A stretch of DNA of 64,000 nucleotides from Selaginella moellendorffii (taxonomy: Eukaryota; Plantae; Lycopodiophyta), in NCBI RefSeq assembly GCF_000143415.4, contig NW_003314265.1, positions 2,931,181 to 2,995,180 on the forward strand, in the 5' to 3' direction. The position numbers were made by a program, and so were the translations under genes. Numbering within the stretch: position 1 is the stretch's first letter; each line of letters opens with the position of its first letter. Positions 40,473-53,168 of this stretch are shown in pieces. The notes under the pieces are model-generated. The model worked only from the letters and a program-made list of their open reading frames with translations. It searched no databases and was not told the origin of the DNA.

Positions 40473-40730
40473 CTAAGCGTTAGTGGACACCTCCTTTTTG
40501 GTACTCTCAGCGGTACTATCATCCTTCTCTGGGTCAGTTGTTTTGCTTTGGATTGTTGTCTCTGACGTTACTGGGGCGTTCTCGATAGTTGTTAATGTTG
40601 CCGTTTGTTCAGAAAAATGATCACCTGGAGTATAGTACGGGGAGTTTGGAAGACTTATATATTCTACATCTTCACCTATCTCCTTCTCTGTCTCCTTTTC
40701 TGCCTCACTTACAGATTTTGTGCTTGCCAT
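40473..40730 (-). CDS. Small ORF of unknown function (Sola cargo), homologous to 13172-13420
   Basis: MASTKS...EYISLPNSPYYTPG...NAPVTSETTIQSK...STAESTKK. Confidence 0.55.
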   Translation of the reverse strand: MASTKSVSEAEKETEKEIGEDVEYISLPNSPYYTPGDHFSEQTATLTTIENAPVTSETTIQSKTTDPEKDDSTAESTKKEVSTNA

Positions 40731-41443
40731 GAGAACGCTCTTCACCCTAAAATATGGAGTTCGTTGTGTTATAAAAGGAAACCAACACACACGCTGCAAG
40801 GGAATGATGGTACATAAAGCACGTAAGCCCACAATATGGGTTTATGTGCCATTAATATGAGCCACACGCCATATTATTAGATTTATGCATGTGTGATTGG
40901 TAAATGCATATGTCACATCATCTTTGTTTTACCTCACACACTATATCAAGCCTAATGAACCATATCACATGTGCGCACATGCTATATATATGGAGAAGTA
41001 TTATGCAAGGATAGAAAAATTCAATGCATGATTGTGGAGAGCAATGGCATGAAGCCACATGCTAAATAACATTTTAGAGAAAGAATTAAAATAAAAACAT
41101 GCAAACAGTACTGAGTGGACCAAGACTTAGAAGTGCACAATTGAATGAGGTATTTCTAATAAATATTTCACTCACCTCATATAGGAATGGCTACCACTCT
41201 CAAATGGCGTATCGCCTCATGCCATCACCTCGCAATTTGTTATAACAATCCGATGAATTCATATTCGGCTTGTTCACCTTAAACTTTAAGTAAGATTTGC
41301 TAGAACAACTAAGAATTTATACTTGTTATTTGTATCATCTCACCTAGGAATGGCGTAAGGCCACATGCCATCACGCCTCCTCTGATTCAGATTCGGATTG
41401 TTCACCTTGAAATAAAATACATTAGAAACTTAGTAAAGGAATA

Positions 41444-44400
41444 TTAATGAATCTCACCTTGAACCCGGGTTATGAATGCTCTTGCTGCATCTCTTGCATG
41501 GTCTGGCAAGGTGATGGTGGCACTCTGCTTCCGCATCCAACCATGCACAACATTATCCACCGATATGCTCATGCTGGGATCCCTTGGATTCAGCACCCAT
41601 CTCTTTTCTAGGCAATCCTTCGTATATCCGGAACTTGGCTTGAACCACTCCACAATTACATTGAAGGAGTTAGTTTCCGTGTCCTCCTCTGCATCAGTGA
41701 TGCAGCGCCCCACCCATATCATTTGTTTTTTATTACTGGGTCTGACAAGCACGACCATTCCTTTGCAGACCTGTACTGGATTGAATGCTGAATCCGGCTT
41801 CTTGTTCCTCGGCCCATAATAGTGATCCTCAACATCGTTATCTGTCACTGCATTTCCAGAGGACATTGTTCCGCTACTATCTGGTGCTCTGGGTTCTGGC
41901 CAAAAGGACTCTTCCAATTCTTCATATACAACCGGCCCATTTTGGATAGCAGATATAATCTTCTCCCAGTATTCGAGCAAAGGCTTGCACCTCTGAAAAT
42001 AGGATTCTCCACCAAACACCAACCCCCTCTTCCAGAAGGCAATATGCTGTCTAATCCCGGCCACTATACTTTCCTGGTCTTTGAGTCCATCCGGGTGCAT
42101 CGGCCGTGGGGAACCCTGAGGAATCATAGGTTCCCCAGTTATGGGATCTCTCTTGAAGAGTTCAATGCCGTCCACTGGCAGCCACACTGTGTCCCATTCT
42201 CTCATCTTGTACCTCATCACTGGAGCACCGTCACACATGCTGAAATGAAACTGAAGAGGCTTGGAGTGGCCAATCAGCGTTTCGGATCCGTCCCTGATAT
42301 AGCCTCTTACAAACCCCTTAAAGTCTAGAACCTCTGTCAGAAGTGCAGCTTCAACAGTGCCTTTGATGCAATTTTGGAATTCATCGTAGAGTTGTGGGAG
42401 GGTGAGGACATTGGATCGCCGGAGGGACTCTGCCAAGTGACTGAACATGGCATCGACGTCTTCATGAGTGTGCCCAACCATGAGAAAGCCAAGTGTAACC
42501 CTTTCAAATATCCCTTTGGCAACAAGCATCACCAAGTACGTGAAGACGTACATGTTTTTGTTCTCACTGCCAGCATTGTCTGTTTGGAGCAGAAGATGGG
42601 GTGGAAGGCCACATCAGCCGCAAGAACTTCCTTGAGATTCTGCTTCGTTTGGATGAGGCTGTGCATTCACCGGGCGACCAGCCTCGTCGGAATGGCATGA
42701 GGCCTCACGTGATAACCCTACAATCTGACGGCCAACATATTCACTGGGATGGCATGGGGCCCCACACGATACTGCAAGCCTTTGCTCCTCCTCCAGCTGA
42801 ACCCTGTATGGGGTTCGATCGACAAGGGCCTTATGCAAGGGTTGGCCGTTCAGCTCAGTCTGCGCACTTTGCAGAGACCTTAAGTGTTTTGCTAGGGATG
42901 CAATCATCATGTTTGCACCCCCGCCACCCCATAGAGGTACAAAGAAGTTCCCATAGTTCTGGGCACCATGCCCATGAGCGATTATGCCAAATAGAGACAC
43001 AGGCAGCTGCATGGATGAAGAGATTGCCTTGGGGGCAGGATTGAGTCGAGGTAAGCATGTCTTTTTCTGGTCCATTTTGTCGTGGATGATGTAGAGGTAA
43101 GAGTCAGGTCTCTCCATGGAGAGAATCCTGTTATGATAATATGCAGTCCTGCAGCTTCTCTGCTCAATGTTGTGGTCGAGCCACCTTCTAACCAACGTCT
43201 CTCGCTCTTGAGCGCTGCAAGAATTCTTCGACAAAGCCATTTTGATAGCAGTGCACTCGTCACACTTTGAAAAGCTGGAGTACTTTCCTATACTCACATC
43301 CCTGAACCTGTTGCTCCACAATCTACTAAATCTAGATTGGCTCAGCTTCCTGTAGCCATTACTCTGGAGTTCCCGATTCACATCTTCCAATATGGCCCCC
43401 TTGGTATACATGGAAGGGAGAACTCGTTGGGTGTCTCGTGTTCCATCTTCCAAGAGGCGGGTTTTATATGGTTGCTGCTCGCTACATGTCTCAACAAACC
43501 TCTTGAAGATTGCCTCTCCATATACAACATGACCCCTGGTTTTGTGCGTACCGTTGTTCCCATGGACTGCTTGTTGAACCCTTTGTTCCTCGAACTCAGT
43601 TTTGATTCTGTAGAATGTGGTTCGAGGGACTCCATAAATGATTCTCCATGCCTTCATGCAAACCAAACCCCTCTGGAAGACCATGCCCCCCACCTGATGT
43701 TCTGAAGCATCAACAGATGACCGTAATGCCTCATACACAAAATTGCGAGCTGCCTTCCAGGACAATGTCTTGTATCTTGCTCTCTCCTCTTCAATAGCAT
43801 CCCAATCAGCATGTTGACAGCACCTCCTCTTGTAACAAGCAACTGTCGAGACCATTCGAACCTCCATCGCTATTTTCTGCTTTTTTGGTTCGTTGCTCAG
43901 ATCCCTTTGGCTGCGCTTTAGGAAGGTGTACTTTCTTTTCCCATGAAGAGATGTTCTGTCATCAGTTGTAGTGGTGTTTGATTGTGAATCCTTCACATTC
44001 TCAAACACTAAGTGCCTCAATTTCCACCGCACAATGCTTCCAATAGTCAGACTGTTTTCTTTTGTGTCAACAACCTCTAAAATCGCAACTCCAATATCAT
44101 CCCAGCCCAATTCTTGATTAGCAACCGCATCTCTTGGATTGACAACTGTGGCTAAGCCCTCAGCTACCACCTCCCCCTCGGGGTTGTTTAGAAACACCTT
44201 TGCCTGAATCCATGTAGCACGGTTCTTAAGATCCACGGAGGGAACATGCGTCGCACTTGCGCTGTCCCCAACATCTGCTTTCTTCTGAAGATTTTTCAAG
44301 GCAACAACAACATTTACCCCGACGACCATCTCTCCTAGTTCAATAGCGACCACATTCCCATCGAAGACAGTCTCTACTGATACAGCAGCATTGCCTTCCC

Positions 44401-44512
44401 CAAGCCTTTGACAGTGTATAACAAAGTTCCGATCCATAGACACAAGGGTCCCTTTTGCAACTCTCTTCCCACCATTCAAAATGTAAACCTTTTCCCCAAC
44501 CCTGAAGGCCAT
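41444..44512 (-). pseudogene. Sola1-like DDD/E transposase (~1020 aa, single in-frame TGA at 42614-42616)
   Basis: FSKCDEC, IIHDKMDQKK, QTDNAGSENKN, FLMVGHTHEDVDAMFS. Two N-terminal VAxG repeats resembling CACTA TnpA-type domains and a C-terminal Tudor-like IWVGR segment. The two listed ORFs are in frame. Confidence 0.8.
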
Positions 44513-44699
44513 TCTGAAAGTGCAGAAAAGAAGTTAAGACCATACAAAAAATGATTGGAGAATGGCCTAAATCATAACATACCAAACAACCTCAATAGCA
44601 TGAGGCCACATGCCATTATTCAAACATGCTATTGACACCCACGTGAAATTTCGCATTCACAAAATTGGCATGAGCCCTCATGCCATTAGTGGTACCACT

Positions 44700-44884
44700 A
44701 ATGGCATGAGGCCTCACGCTATCTTTGGCCCCTGCTAGCCTGTTGCTATATTCCTTTTGCCTTGCTGCAACTGTATATATTTTTGTGTGCGTGACTAGTC
44801 ACCCATACAAAAATATATACAGTTCAAAAGGAATATGGCAATAGGCTAGCAGGGGCCAAAGATGGCATGAGGCCTCATGCCATC
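44700..44884. repeat. ~185-bp foldback inverted repeat upstream of the transposase
   Basis: Arms atggcatgaggcctcacgctatctttggcccctgctagcc... and ...ggctagcaggggccaaagatggcatgaggcctcatgccat; centre gtgactagtcac. Confidence 0.85.
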
Positions 44885-46004
44885 TTGATATACACACAGC
44901 TGCAGGCAAGTAAAAACATACATGACAATACGCTAGCTATGAAATTGCAAGGGCCCAAGATGGCATGTGGCCTCATGCCATTTCTAAATGTGGTCCTAAG
45001 CCATTCCATGGTGAACATACCAGGAAGCACAAGTGCCGAATATCAAGAGGAAGCGGTAGCCACACCAAAGACAGTGCCGCTCGCAACACCGCAACTACTC
45101 GTAACGCCGCTCGCAACACCGCAACTGCTCGTAGCACCGCTCGCACAAACTGCCACTCGCATAAACTGCCGCTCGCAATGGCGCTCGCAATGCCGCAACC
45201 GCTCGTAGACGCATAAACCACAGCTCACAACGCCGCTTACACAAGCAGCGCTCACTGCGCTCAGCGGAACCAAGAACACGGCGCACAAAAATGATAGACC
45301 TAGGAATGAGTTCGAGAATTCAAAAATAACACACGCTTGAACGTCACATCAAATCCTTTGACAAACCAGATCTTATGATTCCTCTGACAAATTTCAAACT
45401 GAGTAGCTTCTAGACTTTGCTGTCGGAGGTTGAACTTTGTCACATCATGTCCTTGCCTCGATCCAGCTGTGCCATGTCAGTGATTCGAACTTTGCCATGC
45501 CATGTCAGCGATCCGCGCCAAGATTATTCGCCGTGTAAAGGAATAATTATGCTGTGTGTGTACGTCCATTTATGGCAATATAAGGCCACACGCCATTCAA
45601 AGAATAATGCTAATCGAGCATTTTTTGGTGCATTTTTGGGTTCAAAATTGCATGAGCCCACACGCTATAAAGTTTACCTGTACCAAAAATAGAAACAGCT
45701 TTATTTACTTGGGAATTTAAGTGGTTGAGGCATTTTTAAACTTACAAACACATGCTCTACTTACATTCCTTTGGTTGCTTAAAATTCAAAAATATTATAA
45801 ACCTTTCTTTTTGCATTTTCAATGTTTTCAATTATGGTTTTTGATTTTCGCAAGACTAGCCTAGTAATCTATTTGCATCCCGTCATGTTTATAGCTAGCT
45901 TTCGTTTGTCCCCTTCGCTAGCCTGAGATACATCTGCTCGGCATCTGCCTCTTACAGCATTTGCCCAGAAAGGGCATCTTTCTTCACGCAGCATTTACCA
46001 CATG

Positions 46005-46030
46005 TTTAGGGTTTAGGGTTTAGGGTTTAG
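46005..46030 (+). repeat. Interstitial plant telomeric repeats (TTTAGGG)3 / telo-box
   Basis: tttagggtttagggtttagggtttag. Confidence 0.8.
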
Positions 46031-48169
46031 CAATTCAGTAGCTTGATAAACATGCAAATACAGAACTTGATGCAAAATTCTTTGATATGTCACAATGCCC
46101 CTAGGACCATAAACACATTTCAATAGAGAGGGTCCTTTCATTTCATAACTCCTTACGTAGATCTTGGTGAAACCAGAGTTAGTGAAGTTAGTTTCTTGTG
46201 ATCCCGCATCTGATTGTGATGTCCCTTTGCAGTGTCGATGGAAAGGTCAATGCACACCAAACTGTAAAATCTTGGAGCAAAATAACGGTCGGATCTATGG
46301 CAAATGCCCCTAAAACATTGTAAAGCTCGTGTGGTTTCATGTGGTGTCCGATCGAGATGCTTCTTTGCAGGGTCATCAAGAAAGACATTGTATACCATTC
46401 TGTAAAATCTAGTTGCGATCTAACGGTTGGATCTCCAGAAAACTCAAAAAAATCTTGCGCGTGTCAGAATATCCTAGGAATATACTCTTATGTGACCCTG
46501 AAAATGGCATGCGGCCCCACGCCATTCAAGAGATAACGCCAGATGACGCCGAGAATTTTTTGGTGCATTTTTTGGGTTCAAAATTGCATGAGCCCACACG
46601 CTATAAAGTTTATCTTTGCCAAATAGAGAAAAGTTTATCTGTGTCATATGAGGTAGTTACAGTCCTTTGTGCTCGGCATCTGCCTCTTGTAGCATTTGCA
46701 CTGAAAGGGAATTTTTCTCCATTCAGCATTTAGCCCTGAAAATGGCGTGCGCCCACACGCCATTCAAGGAATAACGCCACAGGACGCCTGGATTTTTGGG
46801 TTTAAAATGTTTAGGGTTTTTTGGGTTTTTTCAAAATATTTTGGGTCCAACGTTTTTTGGGTTTCTTTGGTTCAAAATTGCATAAGCCCACATGCTATAA
46901 TATTGATTTGAGAGAAAAATAGAAACAGATAGAATTTCTTTATTTAGCTGAACATCTGCCATTTTTGGAAATACAAGATGCTTTGGAATATCCAATCATG
47001 CATGGTATAAATATAGCGAGGGTATTAAATGATATCCCAATTATGATCTTTCTTTTGGATTTCGCGTGCATGCAGTCCGAGGAATGATGACATTGCGGAT
47101 TTCTTTTGGATTTTGCGTGCTTGCATGCACGCGGCAATCCAGAAATTAATGGTGGCGCCCAAGTCCGAGGAATGATGACGTGGCGGGATTACCAACCGTT
47201 GTGACATTTCGCGCATGTGAAGTTAGGTTTTGCATTTTGCTTCGTACTCGCGCTCGCACACTCGCGCTCGCATCGCGCTCCCACTCGCGATCACGCTCAC
47301 ATTCGCGCTCATCTACCTTCTCTATAGGTTTCTCGTGTGCATCGGCGTCCACTCGCGCTTGCATCACACTCGCGCTCGCATCGCGCTTGTGTGCATTGGC
47401 GTCCACTTCAAGACACACCCAGTTTGTAACTTCGCCGCCAACTCCGCCGCCCACTCCGCCACCCACACGCAGCCCACTTGGCGTCCCGGGAGATTTCAGC
47501 GCCACTCTCCAACTGTTAAGTAGCCTTGCTGCTACGATCCGCTGCACACACAGTGCACATTCGCCAGCGAGTCCGGCCTCGATTGTCACGCCTCCATTCG
47601 GCTTCAAATGGTAAGTCTTTTAGGCCAAGTAGAAAATGGCATGAGGCCACATGCCATTCAGTAGCAACATTGGCATGCACTGATTGGGCTCTCGAGTGCA
47701 ATCCGGTTACAGATGGCGTGTAGCCTCACGCCATCTTAGGATGCAGCCTCAAGACATCTGATGCAGTGGTGAATGGCGTGTGGCCTCACGTTATTTCCAG
47801 CTGCTAGCTTTTCATCTGTCAGCTCTAATTGTTGTGCATTTCTGAACAGGCGAGGAATTGCGTTCTTCTTCCAGCCACTGTCAATGTGGATGCAGAGAAG
47901 GGGGAGGAGCTCACCAGTTGGACTTTCGGGATGGAAGGCGAGGATCTGAGGCTGTACAACACAGATGGTGGGAGAAAAGAATGCATGGGGATCCTCATCC
48001 AAGTGACAGACACTCCATGCAGTTCCATGCAAGAATATGGACTGGCACTTGTGGTAGAGACAGCGTCCGCCTTCAAGATCCACCTTGCACATCCTAGCGG
48101 CTTCCTGGTAGCGGCTTCCTAGAGGGGGGCAGCGGCTATAAGGAATTCCTAGAGGGAGCTAGGGAGAGG

Positions 48170-50440
48170 TTGTCTAGGAGGCCCACAATTTCAAAGACGC
48201 TGCGGGTCTATGAAGATCACATGGAATCCATGGACCTCACCTACGGCGATGTTCAAAAACTATATTCCAACATTGAGCCGTTGAGAGTGCCTCTAGTTCG
48301 CGAAGCGAAGGGGAAGGGGGTCGATCTGGAAACTACCCCGAAGCAGAAAAGGGTGGTCAAGCTCAAGCCGACGTCCGACTCTCCTGCAGCTCCAAAAAAG
48401 AAGCTACTCGGTGATGCCATTGCCTCGGGTTCGAACACTACACCCACCAAAAAGAAGAGCCGCAAAGAGCAGAAAGAGCAAGAAGAGGCAGCAAAAATCG
48501 TCGTAGATAATAGTACTTGTTACTATTCCAACAAAGTATATACAATCGACGTGAGCCGTATCGACATCCAAAGCAAATACAACCACAGGCTAGTATCTGA
48601 TGAGTGGGTGGAGAAACTGAAGCAGAAGATGCTGGCAAGTCCAGTAACACCCGACATCGCAGACATGATCCCCTACTACCGAACAATGAAGGGCGAGACG
48701 AGGTTTCCAGACTTGATCAATAGGAAGGTGTTGGACAATCAGAACATCCGGTTCTATGCCGTCTCCGGGCAGCATTCTAGCTTGGCGATGCAAGAGATAG
48801 TTATGGATATTATGGTGGGCGAGGAGGTGAAGAAAGTCTTCAAGACAAGAGTTGTCCGCCTGATAAAAGACAACTCGCCCCTCTGATCTATCATATCCAT
48901 CTCCCACGTGCAGAATGTCAAGCAAGAAACGTGCTACAAATTGGGTCTGCACGAGACATTGGCACGAACACGGAAGCTCTGGGTTCAACTGAAGAAGCCA
49001 CAAAAACCAGGACAAGGACGTGCACTAGCAACTAGCGCCTGGCAGGTAAGCCTCATTGCATGTGGCAATGCATGTGGCCTCACGCCATTTCCATTGCAAG
49101 AATTCTCGAGTCTTCTCTCGAAAACACTGGGGGTCAATGACACACTCAGCATCCATAACATTCTACTCGCGACAAAAATTGTTTTTGACAAATGGGTAGA
49201 TGTGCTGAGGAGGTACCATGACGGGGAGTTGCTAAACTCAATGGGTGTGGAGGACGGCCGAAAGCCCAATGATTTGAAGCTCAACGCCTTGCGTTTCTCG
49301 CAGTCTCTAGACGACGACGACCTTCTAACAGTGGCTAATGCTCTTCTACGTGGTGAGGTAGTCTTCAACAAGACCAAAATGACTCCCAGCCATATTGTGA
49401 CATACGAGGACTTGTGCACGACTCTGAGAGCTCGTGCGCTATTGAAGGATTGGATCTTCAAGCAAGTGGCCGTGGAGAGGGTGAGCATCGACACCACGCA
49501 AGAGATGATGGAAGAGCTGGAGTTGTCAAATGAAGACATCGACGACTACGTGAAGGGGGCCCCCAAGTTCATCGATCTGCTGCGGGATGCCACGAAAAGT
49601 AAAGCTGAGAAGTTGGATCAGTATCCAAATTTCATTAAGAGGGATGTCGACCGCCGGCTTCAGAAACAGCTCGACCCCGCAGCAGAGGCCTATCGAGAAC
49701 CTTACCGGGTATACGTGAATTCGGATGAGGATCAAAGGTGGAGGAGCATCGTTTCCCGCGGAGATGAGCAGGTCAAGAACATCTTTTGTGTGATGGACTT
49801 CACAAACGAGGAGATCACTCATGTAGACGAAGTCAGCTCTATCATTGACTTAATGGTGGGACTTGCGGAGGTGGAATCTTCAGTCCACTATATGATCTAC
49901 GACTCCAAATCCTATCACAAGTTCTGGAAGGCCTTGAACGAGGTGAAGGCTCGGTTGAAAGGCAAGGAGATGCAGGAGATCCATGGGATAATGGCGAAGA
50001 AGAAGATACCGATGAATGTCCGCATCTTCACACTCGCCCTTGTTATTGGTCCTGCAGCAGAGTGGGACTGGAGTGACTTCCCAGCTTCGTTCGACAAGGC
50101 CGATCGAATTGATCTGAGGGAGGTCAATTTACCCGTGCCTGAGGAACTGAAGACGGCTATGGAGCTTTCGAATCCAGAGAAAGCTCCAGGTGCAGCATGG
50201 GAAATGCTCAGCTGGGTCTTCAATGCAATAGCGGGTGGGTCACCTGCTTCCGACTCCAAGGGCAAATGCGTTGTCGAGTACAACTGCGGCAGACTATTCT
50301 TTCGAGCCGCACTACTTAAGGGTGTCCCGTGTGTTGCAGTGACAAACTCCATTGAAGAGGTGACTTCAATGAAGCATATAATTACAGTTGCCAAAGAAAA
50401 ACAGTATCTTCTCTACGAACCTGGTGAGTACGCACTTTAA
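48170..50440 (+). pseudogene. Sola cargo: ParB/Srx-like domain followed by a degenerate beta-class MTase-like domain (part of a larger spliced gene, ~47180-53168)
   Basis: YTIDVSRI..NHRLVSDEWVEKLKQKM..FYAVSGQHSSLAM (ParB-like). KAPGAAWEMLSWVF..KCVVEYNCGRLFFRAALLKGVPCVAV (motif X/I/II-like). In-frame TGA at 48884-48886. Confidence 0.6.
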
Positions 50441-52304
50441 GTTTAAATGTTATCTCACAAGCTCTGTATGCAGGAGCGTGGCCACCCCCAGATGCTGAAA
50501 CGGCGTTAACAGCTACTGTTGGGCCGAGCTCACAACCTGCACAAGGTAAGGTCACGTGAGGCCTCACGCCATTTTGATTATAGATCGTTGTGAATATTCA
50601 GACACGAGGACTGAAAAGCGCACTGGTGGCGCGTCGAAGAAGGACAAACAGACAAGCAATAGGAAAAAAGGAGGTACAAATTATATTTGCAATGGCGTGT
50701 GGTCTCATGCCATTCCTTGCAGGAGACACTTCTTCAAAGGCAAAACAGGCAAGCACCAGCCAAGCTCAAACTGACAGTGGTCATAAAAAGCGAAAGCACG
50801 TTGGACAGTCGTCGGGATCAGAGGCGTTTGATTTGAAAAGGAAGAAGGGCAACGAAAAGATGATAGGTAATGCCTCGCAGTCACCACCTCCTGACTCAGA
50901 TTCCTATGGCGGACTCCCCTTCCCCAATCTCAATGGAGAGGTACAATGGATGAGGGATGCTTTTCAAGTCAGGGCCACGTTTTTCTCATCTCGTCGTCTT
51001 CGAAGGGTGCAAGAACGTGCAGAAACCATGTTAAGACAGTCGGGTGAGGATACGGTCCTAGGTCACACACTAAAACAGGCTATGGATGTCTTGTATTTTG
51101 AGATGGAGACTCAGCCAGATGATTTTCCCAAGATGGTCCTGGAAGAACAAGCCATCCAGCCTGAGCAGCCTATGGAAGAAATGCAGGAGGGGGATGAGGA
51201 GCCAGAGAAAGATAATGAGCAAGAAGAGCAGAAGGACGAAGAGGAGGACAAAGAAGAGGAGGACGAAGAAGAGGAGGACGAAGAGGACTTGGATGGTCCT
51301 CACAATGGTGACGATCACAATAACGACGACAACGATGGCCAGCTTGGGGTGGCAAAAGAGCAGCGGAGGAAGGTCATACAAGACAAACCATCAGGTAAAT
51401 AATAGTACATCCATTCCTAACCTTTTACCATATCTAACATTGTCCATGTAGGTCGCAAAGCAAATGGTAAGTAGAGATTTTTCAGTTGAATTAAGATACA
51501 AACTCTAGCCTTTAGTGTCGAGGAAGGATAGTGCCAAGCAAGGGTCGAAACGTATGTCCAATCCTTCAGAATCAGCAGTGCGCCCAAGTGATATCGGTCC
51601 TAGTTCCTCAATAGCAGTTGATGGTAAATACAGTATAGTCGATTCAATGTGCTAATGAGTTTGTTTTTAGTAGCCAGTAGGGAGGATACCATCTCAATCG
51701 AAGGGAGATATTTGGACATGCATATGGATCCGCCAGTGGACTCTACTTGCCTGCAAGAGTCATCAGAGCTGGTGGAGGCTACTATCCATATCAACGCCAA
51801 GCAAGCTGACCACGCTCCACTTGATGCTGCCCATACCACTGAGTCAATCTTGTCCACGTATCCAACTGACGGTGACCAGGCACCATTGGACCCGCATGAG
51901 GCCGCCCCAGCCGCCGAGCCGGTCGTATCCTCATTTCCAACGGACTCAACGTGTGCCCAATCGTCTGACTATGCGCCGTTGGAACCTCCCTACACCACCC
52001 CTGCTGCCTATTCGGTCATGTCCACTTTGCCAACGGAGGCACCAGCTGAAATGGCGTGTGATCACACGCCATCAGAACCACCCCATGCCACTGTTGAGCC
52101 AGTTGTACCAGAGTCTACAGCTGAAATGGCATGTGCCCACACGCCATCGGATGCGATTGACCCCACATTGCAGAGGAGAGTATTTCCACCCTTCACGTTT
52201 CCTCGACCAAAACCCTCTGAACGACCATCGGGAGCACCATTCGCTAATATTGTAGATGGTAAAATTGACTTGTACCATTTTTTATGCTGATGCATTTCAT
52301 TTCA

Positions 52305-53168
52305 GAGTCACGGCGAAGGTACTGTATCGTTTTTGATCTGAACGGTGTCCTTTTCTCCCATGAGCGTGGCTCGTCCTCGAATGTCACTGCACCCTCCAAA
52401 GCCTGCGGTCGCAAGTTGGTCAAAAGAGACAGATTCACATTAATCACACGGGAGAAACTGCAGGATCTAATAATGACCATGCGACACTTAAAATAGAGGG
52501 CCGGGTTCAATTTGCAATTGGGAGTTTGGACATCCATGATGCGCCACAATGCATTAACGTTGTTACAGATGATGCACGATCAGACGCGAGTAATATTACC
52601 ATTTGACTTTCTCCTAACGCAGGAGGATTGCTTGACTATGGTCCATGTGAGGGGTAGCAAGCCCATCTTCATCAAGCCAGAGGCTGTAGTGATGAACCGG
52701 ACTGCTAGGTCAAGTGAAATCCTCATCATCGATGACTCGCCGATTAAAACTGCAGCGAACACGCACACATATGCAGTGCACCCCATCTCTTGCAGTATGG
52801 AAACTAGGGAGAAGAAACCGTATGTTCTGGGGGACCTTGCAGAACGGCTTGGAGCGATGGTGATAGAGAACCGGCCAGTCCAGGAGGTGGCTGCAGAAAT
52901 CAACCAAATGGCAGATGGAACGGTATATCAGAAGCCATTTGATCGGACAGACACCAGTCATCATTTATGGCATGTATATTGTCTAGCCAAGCACTATCCG
53001 CATCTCCATAATCTGCTCAACCGGATGGGTTCTTCGACCACTGAACATGAGCGTGAACGTATTAGAGAAGAGATGGCATTACTATTGGGTTTAAATCTTG
53101 ATAGTGTGGAGAGTGATGAAATTCCAAGATTATTGTATAGGCGTTGGAGGCAAAAAATAACAGTCTGA
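52305..53168 (+). pseudogene. FCP1/NIF-family HAD phosphatase domain (Sola cargo, last exon; one in-frame TAG at 52494-52496)
   Basis: CIVFDLNGVL, LGVWTSMMRHN, LTQEDC, KPIFIKP, ILIIDDSPIK. Confidence 0.8.
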
